DNA of 64,000 nt, taken from NCBI GenBank assembly GCA_963663475.2, contig CAXXJV010000001.1, forward strand, positions 1,344,001 through 1,408,000, read 5' to 3'. The notes beneath the pieces were generated by a model. It searched no databases. It was not told where the DNA came from and saw only the letters and a program-made list of their open reading frames with translations. Of the stretch, positions 38,695 through 48,121 are shown piece after piece. Position numbers and translations under genes: made by a program. Every line of letters starts with the position of its first letter. The stretch's first letter is position 1. This DNA is from Candidatus Cloacimonadales bacterium (GTDB lineage: Bacteria > Cloacimonadota > Cloacimonadia > Cloacimonadales > JAFGVF01).

Positions 38695-39216
38695 ATGTTA
38701 ACTAAAATAACAACTCTTACTTATGACTTGCTAACATCAGTTAATTCTGTATTTAGCAAACAATGTAGAGTTTATGTAGCAAAAGGTTCAATGGAAGAAG
38801 CTGATATACCTACAGACAAAGCATCACTTCAAGCACTCTATTCAGGTGTTGACGCTAAGTTTGTCTTTCTGGGTAACCTTTCTGAAAGTGGATCTAAAAT
38901 TGGTTGGAAGCAAAACTCAATTGCAATTGACTTTGGTTCAATAAATACCAATACTGATATTACAGGAACACTAATTTCACTTATGTGCGATAAAAATATG
39001 CTTGGTTTCATCGAAACTCAAGTAGGAGAACATTCATTTCTTTTTATACCTGATAAAGGTGATGATACTATTCTCTGTGCTCTTTCTGGAGTAACAATGT
39101 CTCATGAAGGTGAGATTCCTGTAGTAGGAAAGAATGAAACAGCCAAAATAACCTTAAATCTAACTGCAAACGTTAATAAGGTTACTGATGCTGTTAAATT
39201 TAGCAATCTAGCATAG
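38695..39216 (+). CDS. Putative tail tube protein
   Basis: Beta-rich 173 aa; position only. Confidence 0.4.
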   Translation: MLTKITTLTYDLLTSVNSVFSKQCRVYVAKGSMEEADIPTDKASLQALYSGVDAKFVFLGNLSESGSKIGWKQNSIAIDFGSINTNTDITGTLISLMCDKNMLGFIETQVGEHSFLFIPDKGDDTILCALSGVTMSHEGEIPVVGKNETAKITLNLTANVNKVTDAVKFSNLA

Positions 39217-39226
39217 AGGTGAAATA

Positions 39227-39658
39227 ATGAAAATGATAAGAATAAAGACCGGTAGTGAACTCCATGAGTTTTACGGAACTATTGATGTTACCCCTGAAAT
39301 AAAGCATATGGTAGAAGAAGAATGTGTTTATAATACTGGTCTTTCTTATCGTTTTGGTAAGTATTTTGTTGATAAGATTCAGCTTAATCTGAGTATTTCA
39401 GCTGAGGACTACGAAAATCTCTACTATAAAGTTATGAACTTGAATGAGTGGATTATTGCCTGGGAAACCTTAAACGGCTACCAATGGAGAAAATCTCGTT
39501 CTCCTCTCCCATATCCCTCTAAAATTCGCTTTATTAACGATGCTGTTACCCTAAAAATTGAGTCTGAACCTTACACTATACCAATGCAAAACATGACTAA
39601 TATTACTATGAATACTATCTGGAATGAATCTACTCCGGATAATACTATATGGAACTAG
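39227..39658 (+). CDS. Putative tail structural protein
   Basis: GAGGTG RBS; position only. Confidence 0.45.
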   Translation: MKMIRIKTGSELHEFYGTIDVTPEIKHMVEEECVYNTGLSYRFGKYFVDKIQLNLSISAEDYENLYYKVMNLNEWIIAWETLNGYQWRKSRSPLPYPSKIRFINDAVTLKIESEPYTIPMQNMTNITMNTIWNESTPDNTIWN

Positions 39659-39821
39659 GAGTGAGGAGTGAATAGAACACAATGACACAGATTAAACAGA
39701 TTTACACAGATAAGAAAGATTTAATAATTTCGGTGTATTCGGTGTTTTCGGTGGCTAATATTTTCTTATCTTAAGACTCTGTGTTAAGGAAATTTAAAAG
39801 AATATAAAAAAAGGAGAAAGT

Positions 39822-40649
39822 ATGATAAATTTACCCGGTCCTGATACTACAGATTGGGGCACTCTCTATAACAGTGCTATTAATCAACTCGAAACTATGA
39901 TTAATGCCAAAACAACAGAAATTTCATCTCTACAAACTCTTGTTAGCCAACTTCAAGCAGCTTTAAGCGAAATAGAAATGGATACGCAACATATAGATCA
40001 CAATGGTACACCACTTTCTGATGTTGTCCATAATTTGGAAGGATCTTTTAACAATCCAATAACCCCAGGAACTAAAACCAAAATAACTTATGATGCTAAA
40101 GGTTTTGTGACAGGAGGTACTAACCTAACTGAAGGAGATATTCCTGCACTTTCAATATCTAAAATCATAGGGCTTGAGGATATAATTAACATGGTGTTAG
40201 TTGATATGGATAGAGTAGAAATATCTGCTTCTATTCGTAATACAAATGGTGGAATTAGAGTCTCATGTTTTACTAATCCTCCTGTACCAGTACAATCATG
40301 GTCTGTAATGTTGGAATGGAAAGGGTCAATTTTTTATGATGTCCGTTCTTCCTCAAGTGAAAGCTTTATCAATATGGGTAATTATCCAGAAATACCTGAT
40401 GGCCAATTAGTTAATATTATGGTGGCAGCAATATCTGGAACCAGTATTAAAAAAAAGAACTATTCACATACTTATAATTATGTGGCAACTTCCATAGATT
40501 TAAGAGTAAAAGCTGTAGAACATGAACTCGCACCTCAAGCTCTCATGGACAGAATAGCTCAAGATGATAATATTCTGAATGAATTAGTTAACAAGCTTCA
40601 ACACTCTGGCACATTAGTACAGCGTCTTAGTGAGGTTCTTGCCCGATGA
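39822..40649 (+). CDS. Tail fibre-related protein
   Basis: GTKTKITYDAKGFVTGG..L...DIP.L.ISKI fibre repeat. Confidence 0.65.
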   Translation: MINLPGPDTTDWGTLYNSAINQLETMINAKTTEISSLQTLVSQLQAALSEIEMDTQHIDHNGTPLSDVVHNLEGSFNNPITPGTKTKITYDAKGFVTGGTNLTEGDIPALSISKIIGLEDIINMVLVDMDRVEISASIRNTNGGIRVSCFTNPPVPVQSWSVMLEWKGSIFYDVRSSSSESFINMGNYPEIPDGQLVNIMVAAISGTSIKKKNYSHTYNYVATSIDLRVKAVEHELAPQALMDRIAQDDNILNELVNKLQHSGTLVQRLSEVLAR

Positions 40650-40885
40650 CAAAGACCTTAAGAGACCTCAATGTTTATGAGTGGATGCAAGGCAAAACTG
40701 TAGCCACTAAACGCATTGATATTAGCCTTGAATATAAAGCTCCTATCTACTCCCTTGTAGATAAAAAGGAAGAAATTAACATCTTCGATAAAAATATAAT
40801 CACTGAATCTGATGACTTTCCTGCTACACCTGAACCAGGTCAAATTGTTAGAAAAAATGGAATAACATACATTTACCGCCCTTAA
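40646..40885 (+). CDS. Small tail-associated protein
   Basis: FPATPEPGQIVRKNGITYIY resembles the C-terminus of 41149-41733. Confidence 0.55.
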   Translation: MTKTLRDLNVYEWMQGKTVATKRIDISLEYKAPIYSLVDKKEEINIFDKNIITESDDFPATPEPGQIVRKNGITYIYRP

Positions 40886-40948
40886 TTCCCCTCTGCGGAG
40901 GGGTGCCTGTAAAGGCGGGGTGGTATAACAAGAAATAAGGAGAAAAAA

Positions 40949-41149
40949 TTGAATTTAACCGAATATCTCGAACAAAAAAGACAAAGCTTAATAGCTACCA
41001 ACAAGAACCTATCAGATGAAAAACTAAGAGTTGAAGGTGCCTGGTTAATCTTACAAGAGATTGAAGAGATAATAACAACCCCTAAATCCCCTAAAGGGGA
41101 CTTTGAGGAAGAGAAACCCAAAACAAAGAAAACAAAGAGAGGTAAATAA
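40949..41149 (+). CDS. Small coiled-coil hypothetical protein
   Basis: AAGGAG RBS, TTG start; TAATG coupling. Confidence 0.55.
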   Translation: MNLTEYLEQKRQSLIATNKNLSDEKLRVEGAWLILQEIEEIITTPKSPKGDFEEEKPKTKKTKRGK

Positions 41150-41733
41150 TGGCTTGGAAGAAAATAGTAGATTCATCATTTACTATTAATGGTAAGGCAC
41201 TAGAAGGTCCAATTGAATTAACAAAAGAAGATGTTGGACTTAGTAATGTAGATAACCTTTCCAGAGAACAACTAATTGCAGGACTTACAGCTGATGATAT
41301 TCCTGTAATTACTATAAGTAAAGTAACAGGTCTCCAAGGTGCATTAGATGCAAAAGTTCCTACTAGCAGAACTATTGCCGGTAAGCCCTTAACAGCTGAT
41401 ATATCTCTTGCTAAGGCTGATGTAGGACTGGCAAACGTAGAAAATAAATCACCTGAAGAACTTTCATCACTTATCAGAAGTCAAATTGTGGCTGATGATA
41501 TACCACTACTTGAAATAACAAAAATAAATGGATTAGTTGATTTACATGTGTTTCTAGCCTCTGAAATTAGCTCTAAAGTGTCTAAAACCACTACCATTAA
41601 TGGAAAGGCTTTAGATGCTAATATCTCTCTTGGCGGACAAGATATCATTAGGCCAGAGTCTTCTCTCCCTGCATCTGGTTCCCCTGGTGAAATGATTAGA
41701 TTCTCAGGTAATACCTATATATGGAAGGCTTAA
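41149..41733 (+). CDS. Tail fibre repeat protein
   Basis: Repeated TINGKAL..I.L.K.DVGL.NV.N and DDIP...I.K..GL units. Confidence 0.75.
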   Translation: MAWKKIVDSSFTINGKALEGPIELTKEDVGLSNVDNLSREQLIAGLTADDIPVITISKVTGLQGALDAKVPTSRTIAGKPLTADISLAKADVGLANVENKSPEELSSLIRSQIVADDIPLLEITKINGLVDLHVFLASEISSKVSKTTTINGKALDANISLGGQDIIRPESSLPASGSPGEMIRFSGNTYIWKA

Positions 41734-41734
41734 T

Positions 41735-42373
41735 ATGTGGGTAAAAGTAGCTGATAGAGAAGAAATTGCTAAGTTTGAGATTACGCCTCAAGCTAACAAA
41801 GTTACTAGTCTAATTGGTGAAACACCAGATAGTTTTATGGCCTCTGAAGATGATTTAGGCCTTATGCTTCTTTGCAAAGTTCCTCTTAAAATTTCCTCTT
41901 TGGATATCCAATTAGAAGATGATGCTGAAATTAACCTAGAGTGTTGGCAATATGAGGGACAGAACTCTCATTTAATCTTTTCTAAATCAGGCTTTACTGG
42001 TATTCTAGGTCTTAATACTATTCCTTGTGATATTATGCTTAGTCCTGGTAAATACTTTCTAAGAGTGATTAGTAGAGGTATCTTGCTTAAAAATACTACA
42101 AAAATCTCTACAAGTCATCACTTCCTGTCAGTTGTTGGAGGCTCAAGCGTAACAAATGACCTTATTCCTGATTATCAAGAACTTTTAAATCCTACTGTTT
42201 GGTTTGGTATTTATAATATCCAAATACAAGTAGCAAATAAATCCTTATATCTAGGTATAACTGATGATCTTCTAAATAATGATGATCTCATACTAGGAGC
42301 TTTTTATCACTGTATTAAAAGTGGCTCATTAACTATGTATGTCTTTGACGGTACTCAACAATATTCAAAATAA
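41735..42373 (+). CDS. Putative receptor-binding/tail protein
   Basis: Position after fibre gene; beta-rich. Confidence 0.45.
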   Translation: MWVKVADREEIAKFEITPQANKVTSLIGETPDSFMASEDDLGLMLLCKVPLKISSLDIQLEDDAEINLECWQYEGQNSHLIFSKSGFTGILGLNTIPCDIMLSPGKYFLRVISRGILLKNTTKISTSHHFLSVVGGSSVTNDLIPDYQELLNPTVWFGIYNIQIQVANKSLYLGITDDLLNNDDLILGAFYHCIKSGSLTMYVFDGTQQYSK

Positions 42374-42416
42374 CTGGGAATGTGGGCATCCTTGCCCGCA
42401 TCTTAAAGGAGAAATA

Positions 42417-42755
42417 ATGCAATATAAAACAAATATCAAGACTCTTAAAAGAGTATATGCAATTGCTAAAGAAGTAGGATTGGAAAACATTATCATGGGT
42501 TCCAATGAAGAAAAAGAAGTGAAATTTGACCTTAAAACCATCTTAAACGGTGTTTTCGAAAAGGGTTTAATCAACGAATTCTGTCAAACTGTTACAGGAG
42601 AGACTAAAGACTTCGAAGAAGTAAGCTTAACTGAAGTGGAGAGTGTCATACTGGGTTTTTTCGATGCTATCAAAGGGGACTTGCAAGAATCAAGATTACT
42701 AAAAGCAATGATAGTAACTCAACAGAAGAATCAGATAACCCCTTCTACGACATAA
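42417..42755 (+). CDS. Tail assembly chaperone; -1 frameshift product extends to 42835
   Basis: AAGGAG RBS; G GGT TTT slippery heptamer at 42653; -1 frame open to TAA 42835; upstream of tape measure. Confidence 0.75.
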   Translation: MQYKTNIKTLKRVYAIAKEVGLENIIMGSNEEKEVKFDLKTILNGVFEKGLINEFCQTVTGETKDFEEVSLTEVESVILGFFDAIKGDLQESRLLKAMIVTQQKNQITPSTT

Positions 42756-42892
42756 GCTTTGTCTTATGGCAAAACAATATTAACCCGGATAACTTAGAGA
42801 TTGATGAAGCATTTCATTATTTGGAAAAGATTTAATTTACTTGTAGGGGCGTATTGCATACGCCCTTCCATTGGCGGTGTGGTTTCATTCCA

Positions 42893-43000
42893 TCACCTTA
42901 AATATTTATCTATCGGATTACTTCCATCATCTGATAAGATAAACCAAATGATAAAAGCTATAGGTACTAAAAATACTAATATCGCGATTATAAGCCACAT
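42893..43000 (-). CDS. 35-aa single-pass membrane peptide (antisense moron)
   Basis: AAGGAG RBS; MWLIIAILVFLVPIAFIIWFILSDDGSNPIDKYLR. Confidence 0.55.
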   Translation of the reverse strand: MWLIIAILVFLVPIAFIIWFILSDDGSNPIDKYLR

Positions 43001-43099
43001 GGGTAACTCCTTTCTTCTCTGTGTCCTCTGTGTCTCTGTGGTGAGTTCTTCATTCCTGACTCTTAACTCCTAACTAAATAATAACCAAGTAGGTATAAT

Positions 43100-45979
43100 A
43101 TGCAAGATTTAAAATTAATGATAAGATTTAACTTCGACGGTAAGAACGAATTAGAAAAGATTATCGATGAAGTTGCTAAGAAACATAACCTGGAAGTAAA
43201 GAGTAATCTGGGTCAAGTAAAGGTGGATGTAGATAGTATTGGTAAAGGTTTTACTAATATAACCAATAAAATAACTACTGCTGTTACTAAATTTGGTTTC
43301 TTTACTCAAGGTCTTTCTCAGGCAGGTGTAATATTAAGAATGCTGGCTGATGAAACTGTTAACTTAGGTAGAGAACAAATAAGATCTGATAAATTAGTTG
43401 AAGGTGCTGTTAAAGCTACTGGTGCGGCCGCTGGATTTACTACTGCTGAACTTAAACGCATGGCAAACCAACTTCAAGATGATACTAACTTCGGTGATGA
43501 AAAGCTTCTTGCTAAAGTTACCTCTGTTTTACTCACCTTTAAACAAGTTCAAGGTGATGTATTCCGGGAAGCTCAATCTCTTATCCTGGATATGTCAGAA
43601 GCTCTTGACCAAGACCTCCAGCAAGCATCAATCCAAGTAGGTAAAGCCTTGCAAGACCCAATTCAAGGAGTTACTGCCCTTCGCCGTGTTGGTGTTCAAC
43701 TATCTGAACAACAAGAACAGCAAATTAAAGACTTCATGGCTGTCAATAAAGTAGCTAAAGCTCAAAAAATTATCCTACAAGAACTAAATTCTCAGTTTGG
43801 AGGACAAGCTAAGAATGTCGCAGACCCTTTTATTCAGCTCAAAAACACTTTTGGAGATATTAAAGAAATTATTGGTATTGCCTTACTTCCTGGTCTTAAT
43901 GCTATTGCCTCCTCTACCAAAAATTGGCTTGAATCTCTTAAACCTGCTACTTCTGAACTAGAAAAAGTTACTGATGAATCCCAAAACCAACAAGCTGAAT
44001 TCTTTAGCTTAACCTCTGCCTATGAAACACTTCGCTTTAAACAAGGCGAAACCCTTGAATCTAGCACTGCCCTTAAAGATATTATCGATACTCTTAATTC
44101 TAAATATGGTGATTACCTAGGTAATATTGACCTGGCCACTACTAAATACCAAGACTTTAAAACTGCTGTTAGTAATGCGACTCTTGAACTACAAAAAGAG
44201 GCAATGACTAAAGCCTTTCTTGCTAAAAGACAAGATATTACTGATAAAATAACTGATGTGTCTGCTGACCTTGTTAATGATATAATGAAGAAAAGAAAAA
44301 AATTAGAGATTGCACAAAAACAACTCCAAAAAGCAATGGCAGAACAAAAAGTCGCAGAAACAAACTGGGAAGCAGACCAGGGTAATAATCCACAATTAGA
44401 AAGTGATCTAGAAGATGCAATATGGTGGACTGAACGAAAACAAAAACAATTAGAACAAGAACAAGAAGATTTTGACCAAGCTGTAGAAGATTTAAACAAT
44501 AAAGCCAAAGCTAAACTAACCGGCTTAGAATTAGAACTTAGTTTATTCGATGACTCCTCAACTTCTTTATTAAAACAACTTCTCGGTGAAGAAGAAGATG
44601 ATGATAAGGGCAAAGGTAAGGGTAAGGGAGGAAATACTGTTATTGCTAACCCAGATGAAATAGATAAACAACTACAAGCCCTTAAAGATAGCTTCAAAAC
44701 CAAACAGCAACTTCTTACTGATAACTACAATGCTCAAACAGAGCTTATCAATAAGAACGTCGCTGATGAAACAGAAAGGACTAACCTCTTAACAGCTTTA
44801 GATGAAAAATATGCTAATGATTCCAAAGCTCTTAAACACCAGGAATTTCAAGAAGAGCTTGCTATTGCTGAGAATAAGAAACAACTGGGTATTCTTACCT
44901 ACCAAGAACTTAAAACTACTGTAGATGAATACTATAACTGGGTTAAAGCTAATTATGATAAAGATTCTAAAGAATATGTCCAAGCCCTTAATATGAAACA
45001 TAATGCAGACCTTCGTTATGGCCAAGAAACTAAAAAACTTAACGATAAGCTGCTTAAAGATACTAAAGATACCTGGCAAACTGCTCTGAAAATGTTTGAC
45101 TTAGACTTAATACCTTACCAACAGCTTCAAACTGCCTACCAGAACTATAAAAACATGCTTCAATCTACTTCTGAAGATGCTGATCTAACTGAAGACCAAA
45201 TTAATAAGATTACCATAGCTGTTAAAGAACTCGATAACCAAATGGAGAAAATATCTCAAAATCAGAACTGGCTCTCTAAATGGGTTAATAACACTAACGA
45301 AGCTTTTGATGAAGTTAATGATCAGTCGTGGGGAGTTGCCGGCAATGTTGCCTCCTCCTGGGCTAATACCTTTACTAAAATACAAAAAGAAGGTATGGAC
45401 TTTAAAAAAGATATGGAAGCCATCTGGAAAGGCTTAGCATATGCTGTTATAGAAGAGATAAACAGAATGATTGCCCGTTGGCTTGTGCTTATGGCTATTA
45501 AAGGGATTGGTAAGCTTTTTGGATTGGATTCAGTCTTCGGTATAGCAGTGAATAAAGCCGAAGGTGGTTATATCTCAGGACCAGGCGGACCAAAAGACGA
45601 TGTTATCCCTGCCTGGCTATCTAACGGAGAGTTTGTAATCAATGCAGAAAAAACAGCCATTTTTAGACCTCTCTTAGAGTATCTTAACTATACTCCTATG
45701 GCTTCTCTTAAAACTAGCTTATCACTCCCTAAAGTTAATATGCCTGCTATTCCTAAAGTAGCTTACTCTTCAGGTGGATATGCTAATCACCCAGGATTTG
45801 ACCTGTCTCGAATAGAAGAAAAATTAGATAAACTTGATAAATTAGAAAAAGTAATTAATGAACTGCAAGAACTTAAGAAAAAAGACTACACTGTCCAGGT
45901 TTCTACTAAATTTAGAGGTGTAGAGTTCGCTAAAGAAGTAAATAAAGCCCAATCACAATACCAAAGGATTATGAGATGA
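43100..45979 (+). CDS. Tail tape measure protein
   Basis: QVGKALQDPIQGVTALRRVGV; helical body; GGYISGPGGPKDDVIPAWLSNGEFVINA. Confidence 0.92.
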   Translation: MQDLKLMIRFNFDGKNELEKIIDEVAKKHNLEVKSNLGQVKVDVDSIGKGFTNITNKITTAVTKFGFFTQGLSQAGVILRMLADETVNLGREQIRSDKLVEGAVKATGAAAGFTTAELKRMANQLQDDTNFGDEKLLAKVTSVLLTFKQVQGDVFREAQSLILDMSEALDQDLQQASIQVGKALQDPIQGVTALRRVGVQLSEQQEQQIKDFMAVNKVAKAQKIILQELNSQFGGQAKNVADPFIQLKNTFGDIKEIIGIALLPGLNAIASSTKNWLESLKPATSELEKVTDESQNQQAEFFSLTSAYETLRFKQGETLESSTALKDIIDTLNSKYGDYLGNIDLATTKYQDFKTAVSNATLELQKEAMTKAFLAKRQDITDKITDVSADLVNDIMKKRKKLEIAQKQLQKAMAEQKVAETNWEADQGNNPQLESDLEDAIWWTERKQKQLEQEQEDFDQAVEDLNNKAKAKLTGLELELSLFDDSSTSLLKQLLGEEEDDDKGKGKGKGGNTVIANPDEIDKQLQALKDSFKTKQQLLTDNYNAQTELINKNVADETERTNLLTALDEKYANDSKALKHQEFQEELAIAENKKQLGILTYQELKTTVDEYYNWVKANYDKDSKEYVQALNMKHNADLRYGQETKKLNDKLLKDTKDTWQTALKMFDLDLIPYQQLQTAYQNYKNMLQSTSEDADLTEDQINKITIAVKELDNQMEKISQNQNWLSKWVNNTNEAFDEVNDQSWGVAGNVASSWANTFTKIQKEGMDFKKDMEAIWKGLAYAVIEEINRMIARWLVLMAIKGIGKLFGLDSVFGIAVNKAEGGYISGPGGPKDDVIPAWLSNGEFVINAEKTAIFRPLLEYLNYTPMASLKTSLSLPKVNMPAIPKVAYSSGGYANHPGFDLSRIEEKLDKLDKLEKVINELQELKKKDYTVQVSTKFRGVEFAKEVNKAQSQYQRIMR

Positions 45980-47043
45980 GAATAGATTTTATAGATAATA
46001 ATACCGTCGTTGCCTCTACTGATAAACTTATTGATATCGACCTATCTTACTACGATAATGTCCTGGTCTCTAAACCTGTTGCCCCTGAAGTAAGATTTAC
46101 CATAGCTTATAACCACCTCGATAACAACGACCCCTTTGTTACCTGGTGGAAAACTATCACTCAAGGCGAAATACCCGAAAATGTCTTTGCTGTTATCTAC
46201 GACGGAAATGGTTATGAAGTCGCTTCTGGAGACCTCTTTGAATACGATGAAGACCTACAAAACTTCGCTCTCGAAATCCTTATTGTGCCAGGGTTTACTC
46301 AAATTCTTGATGAAGAGAAGAATAAATCTGGAGAAATTGTTAAGCCTATTACTCATGATGCATCTCTTAACTATATAACTGGCTTACTCAGAGAAGTATT
46401 TCTTAATATGTGGAACAAATTGAATATTCCTTATTCTTGCATTTTAAATGATCCTACTCCAAACGGTGTCATCTGGATGGATTTTATTGATGTTGCTAAC
46501 ATTATTCACTACTTTTGCCAATCCAGGCTATTATCTGGTAACGCGTACTTCCTGCGGATTAATTATGTATTAAATGGGACAAAAGCTAATTCTATCAATA
46601 GTTTGGGCTTCAGCAATCTCCTAAAATTATTTTATTCTAGAAAATCAAACTCTTTCTCTTCATGGAATCCTCAGCAAACTAAACAAGTTCAAGGTTTTGT
46701 TACTGGTACTTCATATAATGAACTTGATACAGATGATTTCTCTCCTTTATATAGACTTCGTGTATATGATTATGGTGGTGATGATGAAATAGGTGATTTA
46801 GACTCTCTATACAAAGCTAAGATACAACAAAAAGTTAATTCCTTAAAAGTAAGAAAAAATTATCATATCCAAGGAAATGTAGCTTTTACATGGCTTTACC
46901 CGGGAGACTCAATAAGCCTTAATGGACAAACTTATATCATCAAAGAAATTAATTACGATCCTGTATCATTAAATACTATATCTCACATGGGTTCAAATTT
47001 AAACCTAAAATTCTTCAATGCTGTATGTGTCAAAGGTAGTTAA
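45976..47043 (+). CDS. Putative tail tip/hub protein (last phage gene)
   Basis: ATGA coupling to TMP; stop abuts the right-end repeats. Confidence 0.5.
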   Translation: MRIDFIDNNTVVASTDKLIDIDLSYYDNVLVSKPVAPEVRFTIAYNHLDNNDPFVTWWKTITQGEIPENVFAVIYDGNGYEVASGDLFEYDEDLQNFALEILIVPGFTQILDEEKNKSGEIVKPITHDASLNYITGLLREVFLNMWNKLNIPYSCILNDPTPNGVIWMDFIDVANIIHYFCQSRLLSGNAYFLRINYVLNGTKANSINSLGFSNLLKLFYSRKSNSFSSWNPQQTKQVQGFVTGTSYNELDTDDFSPLYRLRVYDYGGDDEIGDLDSLYKAKIQQKVNSLKVRKNYHIQGNVAFTWLYPGDSISLNGQTYIIKEINYDPVSLNTISHMGSNLNLKFFNAVCVKGS

Positions 47044-47188
47044 ACTGCAAAATAATTTCTAAATCTTAGAACTAAACTGCAAAATAATTTCTCATTAAGT
47101 GATTTACCACTGCAAAATAATTTCTAAATCTTAGAACTAAACTGCAAAATAATTTCTCATTCACTGCAATTTAATTTCAAAGTGCATA
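47041..47188 (-). repeat. Right end: five inverted end motifs and 53-bp TIR (47136-47188)
   Basis: ACTGCAAWWTAATTTC x5; exact reverse complement of 18917-18969. Confidence 0.92.
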
Positions 47189-47381
47189 ATTAAACAGTGC
47201 ATGATAATAATATACATGATTTAACAATAATATAAATAAAACGATTTATTATATAATAATTTTAATTTAAATGCTTGCAACTTATTTGTTTAAAAATATT
47301 TTATTCCATTTCAATAATTATCTTCTTGACAGCTAAAAGATATTTTACTTAAATTACATTATAAAGATTAAGGAGTTTGAA

Positions 47382-48110
47382 ATGAAAGTTTTTCTAAACA
47401 TAATACTAATACTAGTTTTACTATTATCTATTGCTTGTAGTGCCAAGGTATCAGGACGTGAAGATGCTTTACAAAAGCTACAAGAGAAAAATTATGAGAA
47501 GACAATCTACTGGATGCCTATGGCTAATCAGAAGATTCAAATGGTCTATGATGAAGATGAAAGTAACCTCATGATAGTATCTTATATCACAATTGATAAA
47601 TCTAAGTTAAATGATACTAGAGAGTTAAGTTTTATTCTTGATGAAGATACAAAGATGAAAGCTTTCACTATCAACCAGGAACCAAGACCTATAGATAGAA
47701 TACTTCAGTACGATGAAAGCAATTTCAAAGAAAATCTTGAGTATGCTTTTGTTGAGAGAATGAGATTTTTTGCAAATTTATGGAAAATAACTCTTACAGA
47801 AGAAGACCTAGCTCAAGATGAAATTAACCTAATGATAAAATATACAATTTCCAATCAATCAGAAGATGACGCTTATGCTAAGAATAAAGAAGGCTTTACA
47901 TTAAATGGTGAACTATGGTGGTATCCTTCAACTATGATTAATGGAGGTACTATTCAATTAGATTTAAGTATTAAGGATAATTATGAAGTTACTTCTTCTG
48001 GAAAATCTTTACCAGCAAAACGTGTAAGATCTTATAAATTCTATGACCATTTAGTTCAGAACCTTTTTGATAATCCGCTTTCACTTGAAGCAAAGAAAAT
48101 AAAAGATTAG
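47382..48110 (+). CDS. Hypothetical lipoprotein
   Basis: Signal peptide with LSIAC lipobox. Confidence 0.75.
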   Translation: MKVFLNIILILVLLLSIACSAKVSGREDALQKLQEKNYEKTIYWMPMANQKIQMVYDEDESNLMIVSYITIDKSKLNDTRELSFILDEDTKMKAFTINQEPRPIDRILQYDESNFKENLEYAFVERMRFFANLWKITLTEEDLAQDEINLMIKYTISNQSEDDAYAKNKEGFTLNGELWWYPSTMINGGTIQLDLSIKDNYEVTSSGKSLPAKRVRSYKFYDHLVQNLFDNPLSLEAKKIKD

Positions 48111-48121
48111 AAAATAATACT

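Larger units (their letters stand above)
18917..47188. mobile_element. Transposable (Mu-like) prophage, 28,272 bp, with 5-bp target duplication ATTAA
   Basis: Perfect 53-bp TIRs; ATTAA at 18912-18916 and 47189-47193; repressor, Cro-like, DDE transposase, GemA, DUF3164-like, head, lysis and tail genes inside. Confidence 0.93.

Noticed and set aside
18919-47186. Canonical TG...CA prophage ends
   Set aside because: Gives a mismatched duplication (TAATA/TAATT), whereas extending 2 bp keeps the IR perfect and gives exact ATTAA; not fully excluded
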